Shown here: positions 51,366 to 62,365 of the stretch, one piece after another
Position numbering within the stretch: the first letter of the stretch is position 1
How the letters are laid out: every line of letters starts with the position of its first letter
Source: Eubacteriales bacterium
GTDB lineage: Bacteria; Bacillota; Clostridia; Oscillospirales; JAAYXM01
Assembly: GCA_045636205.1 (NCBI GenBank)
Contig: JAZTXE010000084.1
Location: 8,893-72,892, forward strand
Direction: 5' to 3'
Length of the DNA stretch: 64,000 nt
The notes under the pieces: generated by a model
Seen by the model: only the letters and a program-made list of their open reading frames with translations
Told to the model about the DNA's origin: nothing
Database searches by the model: none
Position numbers and translations under genes: made by a program

Positions 51366-52145
51366 ATGAAAATCAAACGCATTATCGCCGGCGCACTGGC
51401 TTGCGCCACACTGTTTGTTCTGGCAGCTTGCGGAGCCTCAACAGACGAGAAGAAAGTTATCACCCTCGCAACCAACGCAGAATTCCCTCCCTTTGAATTT
51501 GTTTCAGACCAGGGCACAGGTGTTGTTGACCAGTTTGACGGCATCGACATTCTCATTGGCGCAGAAATCGCAAAGGACCTCGGCTGTGAGCTCAAAATTG
51601 AGAACATGAAGTTTGAGTCCATCCTTGCAGCAGTTGCTACCGGCAAGGCAGATATGGCTCTTGCAGGCATGACAGTTAAACCCGACCGTTTGGAAAACGC
51701 TGACTTTAGTGAGCCGTACTGGGTTGCTGTTCAGACAATCCTTGTTCCCGAGGAAAACACCGACGTTGTAGACGTTGAGTCTCTTCGTGGTAAGAAAATC
51801 GGCGTAGTTACCGGTTACACCGGTGACAGTGCTCTCGTAGACATGGGCTTTGAGTCCGACCTTCACCGTTACACCAAGGGTGTTGACGCGGTTATGGACC
51901 TCAAGGCAGGCAACCTCGACGCTGTAGTTATCGACTCCCCGACTGCTAACCGCTTCATCGAGAAGTTCGGCGGGATCAAGGGTATCAATGACGAAACTGC
52001 TTTTGAGACCGAGGAATATGCTGTCGGCGTCAAGAAGGGCAACACCGAGCTTCTTGAGAAGATCAATGCCACCATCATCCGCCTCAAGGAAAACGGCGAC
52101 ATTGACCGCTTCGCAGAAGAAATCGACGCTCGTTTAGGCGAATAA
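51366..52145 (+). CDS. amino-acid ABC transporter substrate-binding lipoprotein
   Basis: Lipobox LFVLAAC and a family-3 solute-binding domain. Confidence 0.85.
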   Translation: MKIKRIIAGALACATLFVLAACGASTDEKKVITLATNAEFPPFEFVSDQGTGVVDQFDGIDILIGAEIAKDLGCELKIENMKFESILAAVATGKADMALAGMTVKPDRLENADFSEPYWVAVQTILVPEENTDVVDVESLRGKKIGVVTGYTGDSALVDMGFESDLHRYTKGVDAVMDLKAGNLDAVVIDSPTANRFIEKFGGIKGINDETAFETEEYAVGVKKGNTELLEKINATIIRLKENGDIDRFAEEIDARLGE

Positions 52146-52160
52146 TTCTTACATAACATA

Positions 52161-52196
52161 AAAAAACTGTTGCAGTAAAACTGCAACAGTTTTTTT
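52161..52196. terminator. bidirectional terminator
   Basis: Stem CTGTTGCAG / CTGCAACAG flanked by AAAAAA and TTTTTTT. Confidence 0.85.
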
Positions 52197-52563
52197 AGCT
52201 TCCAAAATCCTCTAAAATCATACTCAATGCTTCATCGCCGTAAACGGTTATTCCCTGCTCTAATAAATCCTGGTCATATCTCCTGAGCGATTCTACATAT
52301 ATCTCCGTTGTTTTAACAGGCTCCTCCATATTTACAGGATTAAAAACCGCAAGTTTTCCGTCCTGGCTTTTAACAAGATATCCGTTTTCTTCTCCTACAT
52401 TCTCCTCCGCTTCAGGGATATTCTCCGTACTGCTGTTTACTATATAAACCTTATTTTCTTTCTCTTTTTCAGCACTCTCTCTTAAAGATGTTATTCCGCT
52501 TATCAGCACTGCAAACATACTGAATAAACAACACGCTGAAATTATTACACGTTTATTATCCAT
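52195..52563 (-). CDS. membrane-anchored protein with BofC C-terminal-like domain
   Basis: N-terminal TM anchor. The C-terminal GYLVKSQDGKLAVF...P...I.V..L...D...L..GI pattern resembles the BofC C-terminal domain. Weak assignment. Confidence 0.45.
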   Translation of the reverse strand: MDNKRVIISACCLFSMFAVLISGITSLRESAEKEKENKVYIVNSSTENIPEAEENVGEENGYLVKSQDGKLAVFNPVNMEEPVKTTEIYVESLRRYDQDLLEQGITVYGDEALSMILEDFGS

Positions 52564-52781
52564 ATAAACCTATCACCTGCTTTTTATCTCTTTTGTACTA
52601 TATATTTTCCAAAAAAATCACTTTTATACTCAACCCCCTTTAATTTTTTAGGTAGCTTTATAATCAGATTTGTGGTATACTGTTATTTGAGAAAATTTGC
52701 ATACTAATTTTCTATAGTTTAATTTCCTAAAACATATGCTATGAAAGCATCCATTTCTTTTTATTCGGAGGTGCTGTTACT

Positions 52782-55343
52782 TTGAATAACGGATATTCAA
52801 CAAGAAGAAAAAAACGTAAATCACGTCGCTTTCAATCCATACGTTTACTTCTTATAACAATCGGATTGATAGCCCTTTGCACAATGTTTATATGCGGCAG
52901 TGTTTTTGCATTGTATATGACAACCAGCATTGATTCAAAGCTTGACATCGGTGCCGAAACGATGAATTTAAATTACACGTCTGTGGTTTATTATACGGAT
53001 TCAGATGGTAACGAACACGAACTCGAACAGCTTTTCGCCACTCAGAATCGTACCTGGGCGGATTTAGATGAAATGCCCAAGCACCTTATGAACGCGGCTA
53101 TATCCATCGAAGACGAACGTTTCGAATCTCACAGGGGTGTTGACTGGTACCGCACCGCAGGCGCTGCAGTAAACCTTTTCTTTAAGATGAGAAGTGATTT
53201 TGGCGGTTCCACGATAACTCAGCAGCTTGTAAAAAACCTGACCGGAGACAAACAAGCAACCGTGCAGCGCAAGCTTCAGGAAATAATGCGTGCACGATAT
53301 ATTGAAAGGCATCACACAAAAGACGATATTATCGAACTATACCTCAACACTATATACTTAGGTCAAGGCTGTTACGGTGTGCGCACGGCTGCCGAGGTAT
53401 ACTTTAACAAGGATGTTTCGGAGCTTACATTGGCTGAATGCGCCTCTATTATTGGTATCACCAATCTACCGACATACTATGACCCGTTCATAAACCCGGA
53501 TAACAATAAAAAGCGCCAAGTGAATATACTAAATAAAATGCTTGAGCTTAAAAAGATAACCAAGGAAGAATATGACGAAGCTTTAGCTCAAGAACTGGTA
53601 TTTACCCGCGAAAAAAGAGTTGAGCAAATTACAAGCAAGCAGTCGTACTTTGTCGACCAGGTCATAGAAGATGTAATAGATGACCTTATGGAAGAAAAAG
53701 GCTATTCCTATCAAGTAGCTGAAAAGATGATTTACTCAGGCGGACTCAAGATCTATGCGACGATTGATCCTAAAATCCAGACAGCTATGGATAACGTATT
53801 GAAAAACTCAAGCAACTTCCCCACCTATAAAGGCTCTGTGCAGCCCGAATGCGCTATGGTTGTAATGGACCCCTATACAGGTAACGTTCTTGGTATCGTA
53901 GGCGGTCGAGGAGAGAAAACTCTAAACCGTGGATTAAACCGCGCTACAAACAGCTATCGCCAACCAGGTTCTTCAATTAAACCGCTTGCTGTCTATGCAC
54001 CTGCGATTGAATACAGCCTTATAAATCCGCAAAGTCCGGTTGACGATGCGCCTATAAAAGTTTTAAACAACTCATCCTACCCCAAAAACGAATCACGAAC
54101 CTATTCAGGGCGCACTACTATTTTAAAAGGTCTCGAAGATTCTCTCAACACCGTGGCAATGCGCACACTCGTAGACCTGACTCCCGAGCGTTCATTTAAC
54201 TTCATGACCGCAAATTTAGGTTTTACAAGCTTAAACCGCGAGAAGGACATCAATTTAGCTCCTCTGTCACTTGGTGCACTCACAAAAGGTGTATCCGTCC
54301 TTGAAATGGCAGCTGCTTATTCAACCTTCCCCAACAGAGGAAACTATACAACACCGCGAACATATACTAAAGTATTGGATAATCAAAACAAAGTTCTTTT
54401 GGAAAACAATGCAAGCGTGATTGATGCAATGTCTGAAAAAACCGCTGCATATATGAATTATATGCTTCAAAAAGTTGTCACCCAAGGTACCGGTGTATAT
54501 GCAAAATTAAACGGCGGTATGCCCGCAGCAGCCAAAACCGGTACTACAGATGATGACAAGGACCGCTGGTTTGTCGGCTACACACCATATTACTGCGGTG
54601 CGGTTTGGTTTGGCTACGATAAACCCAAGCAAATTTCTAAATCGCTTTCCCCTGCGCTTACTGTTTGGAAAAAAGTCATGAACGAAATCCACTCAGGACT
54701 TGAAAACAAGAATTTCTTCGAAGCAAAAGATTTTAAATATGTTAATGTCTGTTCATGCAGTGGCCTGCTTCCAACCGAAGCTTGTTCGATTGACCCGCGT
54801 GGCTCGCGCGTCATATCCGGATATTTCCACAAGGACGATGTCCCGAAAAAACGCTGCGATATCCATAAAGAGGTTCAGATCGACAGTACAACAAACCAGC
54901 TTGCAACCAGGTTCTGTCCGGAAGCCAGCTTAAAAACCGTAGGACTTTTGGACTTGAAACGGACATTCCCAATTTCAGGAATAACTTTAGGCGATGAACA
55001 GTATACCATCCGAAGCTATAATGAGGACGGAACTCTCGCAGCTCCAGAAGAAGGGCACTACTACACCTCTGCCGGAACACCACCTTACAACAGCTTGTGT
55101 TCTGCACATCTGACCGCTCCCAAACCCGAACCTGATGAAGACTCTGAAAATACGGATGAAGATTCAGATTTTGAAACAGACTCCGGCGATGAAAATACAG
55201 ACTTAAACGACGGTGACCAAGAACTCAATGTCGGCATTTCTGACGAAAGCGAAAGCACTTCAAATTCCGATAGTGAGAATGCCTCAACTGAGGACAATGG
55301 AGTAAATTCCAATAATCAAAGCACCTCTCAAATCGTCGAATAA
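52782..55343 (+). CDS. bifunctional class A penicillin-binding protein (PBP1A family)
   Basis: GT51 motifs (EDERFESHRGVD, GGSTITQQL), transpeptidase motifs SxxK (SSIK) and KTGTT, and an acidic low-complexity C-terminal tail. Confidence 0.9.
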   Translation: MNNGYSTRRKKRKSRRFQSIRLLLITIGLIALCTMFICGSVFALYMTTSIDSKLDIGAETMNLNYTSVVYYTDSDGNEHELEQLFATQNRTWADLDEMPKHLMNAAISIEDERFESHRGVDWYRTAGAAVNLFFKMRSDFGGSTITQQLVKNLTGDKQATVQRKLQEIMRARYIERHHTKDDIIELYLNTIYLGQGCYGVRTAAEVYFNKDVSELTLAECASIIGITNLPTYYDPFINPDNNKKRQVNILNKMLELKKITKEEYDEALAQELVFTREKRVEQITSKQSYFVDQVIEDVIDDLMEEKGYSYQVAEKMIYSGGLKIYATIDPKIQTAMDNVLKNSSNFPTYKGSVQPECAMVVMDPYTGNVLGIVGGRGEKTLNRGLNRATNSYRQPGSSIKPLAVYAPAIEYSLINPQSPVDDAPIKVLNNSSYPKNESRTYSGRTTILKGLEDSLNTVAMRTLVDLTPERSFNFMTANLGFTSLNREKDINLAPLSLGALTKGVSVLEMAAAYSTFPNRGNYTTPRTYTKVLDNQNKVLLENNASVIDAMSEKTAAYMNYMLQKVVTQGTGVYAKLNGGMPAAAKTGTTDDDKDRWFVGYTPYYCGAVWFGYDKPKQISKSLSPALTVWKKVMNEIHSGLENKNFFEAKDFKYVNVCSCSGLLPTEACSIDPRGSRVISGYFHKDDVPKKRCDIHKEVQIDSTTNQLATRFCPEASLKTVGLLDLKRTFPISGITLGDEQYTIRSYNEDGTLAAPEEGHYYTSAGTPPYNSLCSAHLTAPKPEPDEDSENTDEDSDFETDSGDENTDLNDGDQELNVGISDESESTSNSDSENASTEDNGVNSNNQSTSQIVE

Positions 55344-55442
55344 TTCCCTGATCCATTATTCATCGGCATCAGCCAGCCGCTGTTTACAATACGCTAAACG
55401 GCGGCTGGTATTTTGAAGATACAAAAGGAGAAAACACTTAGT

Positions 55443-56555
55443 ATGGAGCAACTAAATTACACTATCCCTTGCCTTTTCGGCGTTGAATCGGTTGTAGGAA
55501 ATCAATTGAAACGCCTTAATATAAATAATATATCCGTCGAAAACGGCCGTGTTCAGTTTTCGGGTAATATAAGAGACATGGCACGCGCAAATCTATGGGT
55601 TCGCTCAGGTGAGCGTGTGTTGATAAAACTTGGTGAATTCCCTGCACGGACTTTCACCGAGCTTTTTGACAACGTCCTTGAACTCCCATGGGAGAGCTTT
55701 ATACCCAAAGACGGCGAATTCCCAGTAAAAGGCCACGCTTTACATTCTCAGTTGCACTCGGTTCCCGACTGCCAAAGCATAATAAAGAAAGCTGTCGTCG
55801 AAAGGTTAAAACGCCACTACCATTTATCCTGGTTTGAAGAAACCGGCAGCAAGTATCAAATACAGTTTTCCATAATGAAGGATATCGCAACGCTTTATAT
55901 TGACACAAGCGGTGCAGGTCTCCACAAGCGCGGATACCGTGCCATTTCAGGCGGTGCACCGCTAAGAGAAACCTTAGCTGCCGCCATGGTTGAACTAACA
56001 CATTATCGCGGTCGCGAAGTGTTTTGTGACCCTTTTTGCGGCTCAGGTACTATATTAATAGAAGCGGCAATGATTGCTCAAAACCGCGCACCGGGGCTTT
56101 ACCGTCATTTTGCCGCAGAAAAATGGAATCTGTTGCCGCCGCAGGCATGGAAGGAGCTCCGTGCAGAAGCAAAGGAAAAGATGTTCGACCGCCCCTTTGT
56201 TCTTCGCGGCGGAGATACCGACCCTTCAGTTCTTGACATCGCTCGTTCAAATGCTCTCAAGGCCGGTGTAGCACAATATATTAAATTTGAAAAAGCAAAC
56301 GCATGTTCTTTCACTCCACCTGCAGAAAGCGGCATAATACTCACCAATCCGCCTTACGGCGAGCGTCTTCTCGACCAACAAGCCGCACAGGAGCTATACC
56401 GTGGATTTGGAAAAGTCATGCGTAACTACCCGAAATGGAAAAGTTACGTGATAACCTCCGAACCCGAATTTGAACGTTTCTACGGAAAGCGCGCCGCAAA
56501 ACGTCGTAAATTGTACAACGGCATGATCAAGTGCGAATTATTTATGTACAATTGA
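55443..56555 (+). CDS. THUMP-domain class I SAM-dependent RNA methyltransferase (RlmL/YpsC-like)
   Basis: THUMP N-terminal domain, SAM-binding DPFCGSGT and the catalytic NPPYG motif. ATG 55443 lies downstream of AAGGAG; an in-frame TTG at 55413 is possible. Confidence 0.82.
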   Translation: MEQLNYTIPCLFGVESVVGNQLKRLNINNISVENGRVQFSGNIRDMARANLWVRSGERVLIKLGEFPARTFTELFDNVLELPWESFIPKDGEFPVKGHALHSQLHSVPDCQSIIKKAVVERLKRHYHLSWFEETGSKYQIQFSIMKDIATLYIDTSGAGLHKRGYRAISGGAPLRETLAAAMVELTHYRGREVFCDPFCGSGTILIEAAMIAQNRAPGLYRHFAAEKWNLLPPQAWKELRAEAKEKMFDRPFVLRGGDTDPSVLDIARSNALKAGVAQYIKFEKANACSFTPPAESGIILTNPPYGERLLDQQAAQELYRGFGKVMRNYPKWKSYVITSEPEFERFYGKRAAKRRKLYNGMIKCELFMYN

Positions 56556-56690
56556 TTTATTAACTTTTTATGAAAAACTTGAAAATCGGAGCTTTTTGAA
56601 GAAAACATAAGAAATACGTATATTCGAAGAGATATTCTCGTGTAACTCGAATTAACACTTGTTTTTATCTTTTTTTAAAAAACTTATAAC

Positions 56691-56719
56691 TTGCAGAAAT
56701 GGCAATTTTCTCTTATTAT
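56691..56719 (+). promoter_or_regulatory. sigma-A type promoter of groESL
   Basis: TTGCAG (56691-56696), a 17-nt spacer, then TATTAT (56714-56719). Confidence 0.6.
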
Positions 56720-56730
56720 ATTATTTGAAA

Positions 56731-56757
56731 TTAGCACTCTCGCTTTTTGAGTGCTAA
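56731..56757. promoter_or_regulatory. CIRCE operator (HrcA binding site)
   Basis: Perfect consensus TTAGCACTC-N9-GAGTGCTAA, located between the promoter and the groES RBS. Confidence 0.95.
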
Positions 56758-56776
56758 ATCACGTTACAGTATATAA

Positions 56777-58751
<1,975 letters not shown>

Positions 58752-58772
58752 TCCCACGCTAAATATGAACAT

Positions 58773-58806
58773 AAAAACGCTGTGGAAATTCCACAGCGTT
58801 TTTTAT
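58773..58806. terminator. bidirectional terminator between groEL and ogg
   Basis: Stem AACGCTGTGG / CCACAGCGTT flanked by AAAAA and TTTTTT. Confidence 0.85.
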
Positions 58807-58811
58807 TATTT

Positions 58812-59654
58812 TCATTTTTCGTTCAGGCTCCTTATGTAGTGAAACAAGTATTGTTGAGCTAATCCCGCATATTCACCAAAGCATGCACCGTCAAACTTAA
58901 TATCACCAAAAAACTCTTCAGCTACACGCTTCATCCACACATCTATCGGATAAACCTCCATGCGTCCAAGACCGTAAAGGAGAACGCAATCAGCAACTTT
59001 TCTGCCAACTCCCTGAAGTAACATCAGCTTTTTCCTCGCTTGCTCCGTGCTTAAGTCTTCGATTCCGTCAAGCTCACCCGAAACCATGGCACGCGCCGCA
59101 GAAATTAAATATTTGGCTCTGTACCCCGACCGTATAACACCGAGCTCCTCCTCGCTGAGACACACAATCTTTTCAGCCTCAGGAAAAGTATACAACACTT
59201 CCCCATCGAAGCATATTTTTTCGCCGAAATTGCGGCACAAGCTGTCAATTATACCTTTAATACGCGGGATATTATTACACTGCGAAATTATAAAAGAGCA
59301 CAGCGTCTCCCAAAAGTCCTGACGCAAAATCCGTATACCCTTTCCATACTCAACAGCGGGTGCGAGCTTTAAATTATCAGATAATCCGCCACGTATCACA
59401 TCGTACTTACGCTCCAAATCAAAGTACTCGCACCATATATCATCAAAATCCGTCTCATTTGCGCATTTAAATATCACTCTGCCTTGCTGTTGAAAAACCT
59501 TCAAAGGCACACCTTTTGCAATCCCTATATACGCACCGTCATTTGTTATTTTCCATCTGAATGCCTGCCCGCACTCAAAAATCAGTTCCGAGGAAAAGTC
59601 CTCGAATTGTTCAAGAGTTACAGACACCCCGTTTCTTACTATTTTCATCCCCAA
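58812..59654 (-). CDS. ogg: 8-oxoguanine DNA glycosylase / HhH-GPD base-excision repair enzyme
   Basis: OGG N-terminal domain (ECGQAFRW) and an HhH-GPD motif (LQGVGRKVADCVLLYG...PIDVW). Confidence 0.78.
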   Translation of the reverse strand: MGMKIVRNGVSVTLEQFEDFSSELIFECGQAFRWKITNDGAYIGIAKGVPLKVFQQQGRVIFKCANETDFDDIWCEYFDLERKYDVIRGGLSDNLKLAPAVEYGKGIRILRQDFWETLCSFIISQCNNIPRIKGIIDSLCRNFGEKICFDGEVLYTFPEAEKIVCLSEEELGVIRSGYRAKYLISAARAMVSGELDGIEDLSTEQARKKLMLLQGVGRKVADCVLLYGLGRMEVYPIDVWMKRVAEEFFGDIKFDGACFGEYAGLAQQYLFHYIRSLNEK

Positions 59655-59740
59655 AACTGCTCCTTAAAACTTTAGCATTGCGTATCTTTCATTTTCCTGA
59701 TACAATATTTATTGTACACTTTTTCTCACTGAGGTGCAAT

Positions 59741-60436
59741 ATGAAGGAAACAATTTACACAATACCAATTAACGAAGCATATGACAAATTAGACGGTTGT
59801 CCGATATGCCGTTTGGAAAACGATTTAGAGGAAACATCCGTCGACTACATAATGGGCGCAGCGATGATGGAACCGGATGTGCGCATAGAAACAAACAAAG
59901 TCGGCTTCTGCCCCTCCCATTTCAAGCTTATGCTTACGGTAAAAAAGCGCTTAAGCTTAGCACTCATGCTTGAGAGTTATCTAAACGAGCTGTGCGAAAA
60001 ATGCCTGCCTGAGGACACATCAAAGCTAAATAAAAAAGATTTAGAAAGCATTTCTTCCTCGCTCAAAAGCGCATCAGACGAATGCTTCGTCTGCAATCAG
60101 CTTCACGAGCGTATGGAGAAGTATTACAGGAACATAATTTATCTTTGGCGTACAGATGCGGAATTTAGAAAAAAAACGCAAAATCAGGAGTTTTTCTGCA
60201 TCCACCATTTAGCAGAACTTTGCGAGCACGCAAAAAAAGAGCTCGATAAAAAAAGTATTCCCTCCTTTTTATCCGACCACATGAGTGCCGCAAGAAAAAA
60301 AGCAGCATCGCTAAACGAAGACGTTTCCGCATTCTGCAAAAGCTTTGACCACCGCTTTGCTAATATGCCACTTACCGATTCAGAAAAATACGCTGTTGAG
60401 AACTCAATTGATTTTTTAAACGGTAATAAAAAGTAA
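59741..60436 (+). CDS. DUF6062-like Cys-rich protein
   Basis: Begins MKETIYTIPINEAYDKLDGCPICRL. Further CxxH and CxxC pairs are present (FCPSHF, ECFVCNQ, FCIHH). ATG 59741 follows a GAGGTG RBS; the ORF-track start at 59561 overlaps ogg and has no RBS. Confidence 0.6.
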   Translation: MKETIYTIPINEAYDKLDGCPICRLENDLEETSVDYIMGAAMMEPDVRIETNKVGFCPSHFKLMLTVKKRLSLALMLESYLNELCEKCLPEDTSKLNKKDLESISSSLKSASDECFVCNQLHERMEKYYRNIIYLWRTDAEFRKKTQNQEFFCIHHLAELCEHAKKELDKKSIPSFLSDHMSAARKKAASLNEDVSAFCKSFDHRFANMPLTDSEKYAVENSIDFLNGNKK

Positions 60437-60519
60437 TTTAAAAAATTCTATTCCATTTTTTTGAATTTTTTTATATAATAAAAATAATATTATTTTTCAA
60501 TTAAGGAGCGATTCCCAAA

Positions 60520-61911
60520 ATGAATTTCTTAAGTCTAAATCTTCAAATCAAAAACATTCCTGAGCTTGACCCGAGCTTCATTCCTCTTGCAAAATTCAGC
60601 CGTGCTTTTAAAGAAAGCGTCGGCGACAACGGCAATCTTTTTAAAGTTGCTATAGAGCGTGAAAACAATCAGGTAGCAGCGTTTGACTTATATATTCACG
60701 GAACCGAAGAAATGTACGAAGCAGACTTTACATATGTAGAGCGTTTTATAAAAAATGTTCTTTGGTCATGCGGCGGCTTCCGCATATATTTAGCAGGTAA
60801 CGATAACATCATAAGTGCAATAAAAGACGCTTACACCCCCGGCGGTGCGCGTGATTTTGACCGCATTAACATGTCTCAAATTTACGAAAAGGAATTTGAG
60901 GTTATTTCCTGTTCCCTTGATGAATTCCCGGCTTCCAACAACGAATCCAAAAGTGTCGGCCGTCACTTGAACGGTTGCCGTATAGGCTTTGACGCAGGCG
61001 GAAGTGACCGCAAGGTATCAGCAGTTGTTGACGGCGAAGCAATTTGGAGCGAGGAGGTCGTATGGCATCCGAAAACCACTTCTGACCCTGATTATCACTT
61101 TGACGGAATCGTAGCCGCAATGAAAAGTGCAGCTGCAAAAATGCCGAGAGTTGACGGTATAGGCGTAAGCTCTGCGGGTATATATGTAAATAACCGTACC
61201 ATGCTCGCTTCCCTCTTCTTAAAAGTTTCAAAGGAAGACTTTGATGCAAAGGTAAAGGATATATACATCCGCGCCGCAAAAGAAATAGGCGATGTTCCCC
61301 TTGTCGTTGCAAACGACGGTGACGTAACCGCTCTCGCCGGCGCTATGAATTTAAAGGACAATAACGTGCTCGGTATAGCAATGGGCACCAGTGAGGCTGC
61401 CGGATTTGTTGATGGCGCCGGCAATATAACCGGATGGCTCAACGAACTTGCTTTTGCTCCGGTTGACCTTTGTAAGACCGCAATGGTAGATGAATGGTCC
61501 GGCGACCGTGGCTGCGGTGTTAAATATTTCTCGCAGGACGGCGTAAACAAGCTCGCACCAATTGCAGGTATCGCACTGGATGAAAATGCAACCCCCGCTG
61601 AAAAACTAAAGGTCACTCAAAAGCTCATGGCTGAAAAAGACCCGCGCGCTGCATCAGTATACCGTTCAATCGGTGTATACCTCGGTCACTCACTGGCATG
61701 GTACTCTGAGCTTTATGACATGAAGCATGTTCTCCTTCTCGGTCGTGTAATGTCAGGAGACGGTGGTAATCTCATCATCGAATATGCAAATAAAGTTTTA
61801 AGCGAAGAATACCCTGAGCTCAAAGAAAAGCTCACGCTCGAGCTTCCGGATGAGTCCTCGCGCCGCGTAGGCCAGTCCGTTGCGGCTGCAAGTCTGCCCG
61901 AATGTAAATAA
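60520..61911 (+). CDS. ROK-family sugar kinase/regulator-like protein with N-terminal extension
   Basis: Actin-fold ATPase motifs (IGFDAGGSDRK, ANDGDVTALAG, GTSEAAG). The N-terminal domain of about 150 aa is of unknown function. Confidence 0.6.
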   Translation: MNFLSLNLQIKNIPELDPSFIPLAKFSRAFKESVGDNGNLFKVAIERENNQVAAFDLYIHGTEEMYEADFTYVERFIKNVLWSCGGFRIYLAGNDNIISAIKDAYTPGGARDFDRINMSQIYEKEFEVISCSLDEFPASNNESKSVGRHLNGCRIGFDAGGSDRKVSAVVDGEAIWSEEVVWHPKTTSDPDYHFDGIVAAMKSAAAKMPRVDGIGVSSAGIYVNNRTMLASLFLKVSKEDFDAKVKDIYIRAAKEIGDVPLVVANDGDVTALAGAMNLKDNNVLGIAMGTSEAAGFVDGAGNITGWLNELAFAPVDLCKTAMVDEWSGDRGCGVKYFSQDGVNKLAPIAGIALDENATPAEKLKVTQKLMAEKDPRAASVYRSIGVYLGHSLAWYSELYDMKHVLLLGRVMSGDGGNLIIEYANKVLSEEYPELKEKLTLELPDESSRRVGQSVAAASLPECK

Positions 61912-61924
61912 TCCGACTATATTT

Positions 61925-61956
61925 CAAGGCTGCATTTTGCAGCCTTGTTTTTTTTA
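61925..61956 (+). terminator. intrinsic terminator after the ROK gene
   Basis: Stem CAAGGCTGC / GCAGCCTTG followed by TTTTTTTT. Confidence 0.85.
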
Positions 61957-62051
61957 CCAGTAAATTACAATCTGCAATCACGGTATGAAATGTGCCCGTT
62001 TCGGAAATAATTTAATTACCATAATTAAACACCTTCAGGGGGATTTTACGG

Positions 62052-62354
62052 ATGCAGACTAAGGTTGAAATTTGCGGAGTTAACACATCAAAATTAAAAG
62101 TCCTTTCAAACGATAAAATTGTCGAACTTCTGAGAAAATATAAAGAAGGAGATGCATCCGCACGAGAAGAACTTATATCAGGTAACCTACGTCTGGTTTT
62201 AAGCGTTATCCAACGATTTTCAAACCGCGGTGAAATGGTGGATGACCTTTTCCAAGTAGGTTGTGTAGGCCTTATAAAAGCAATAGACAATTTTGATATA
62301 ACACTCAATGTTCGCCTGTCCACCTATGCAGTGCCGATGAATATACCATGTTGA
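62052..62354 (+). pseudogene. sigG: 5' fragment of sporulation sigma factor SigG (split gene; homology ends at 62339)
   Basis: Codons 1-96 carry SigG hallmarks: KVEICGVNTSKL, GNLRLVLSVIQRF, DDLFQVGCVGLIKAIDNFD and STYAVPM. Then come four unrelated codons (NIPC) and TGA, where SigF/SigG continue IIGEI. Regions 2.4, 3 and 4 are absent. Confidence 0.85.
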
Positions 62355-62365
62355 AATACATATTA

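Noticed and set aside
61957-62051. SigF/SigG-type promoter upstream of the sigG fragment (GAAATA ... CATAATTA)
   Set aside because: The match to the remembered consensus (GnATR / CAtnnTA) is imperfect and the spacing is ambiguous, so it is not solid enough to annotate.
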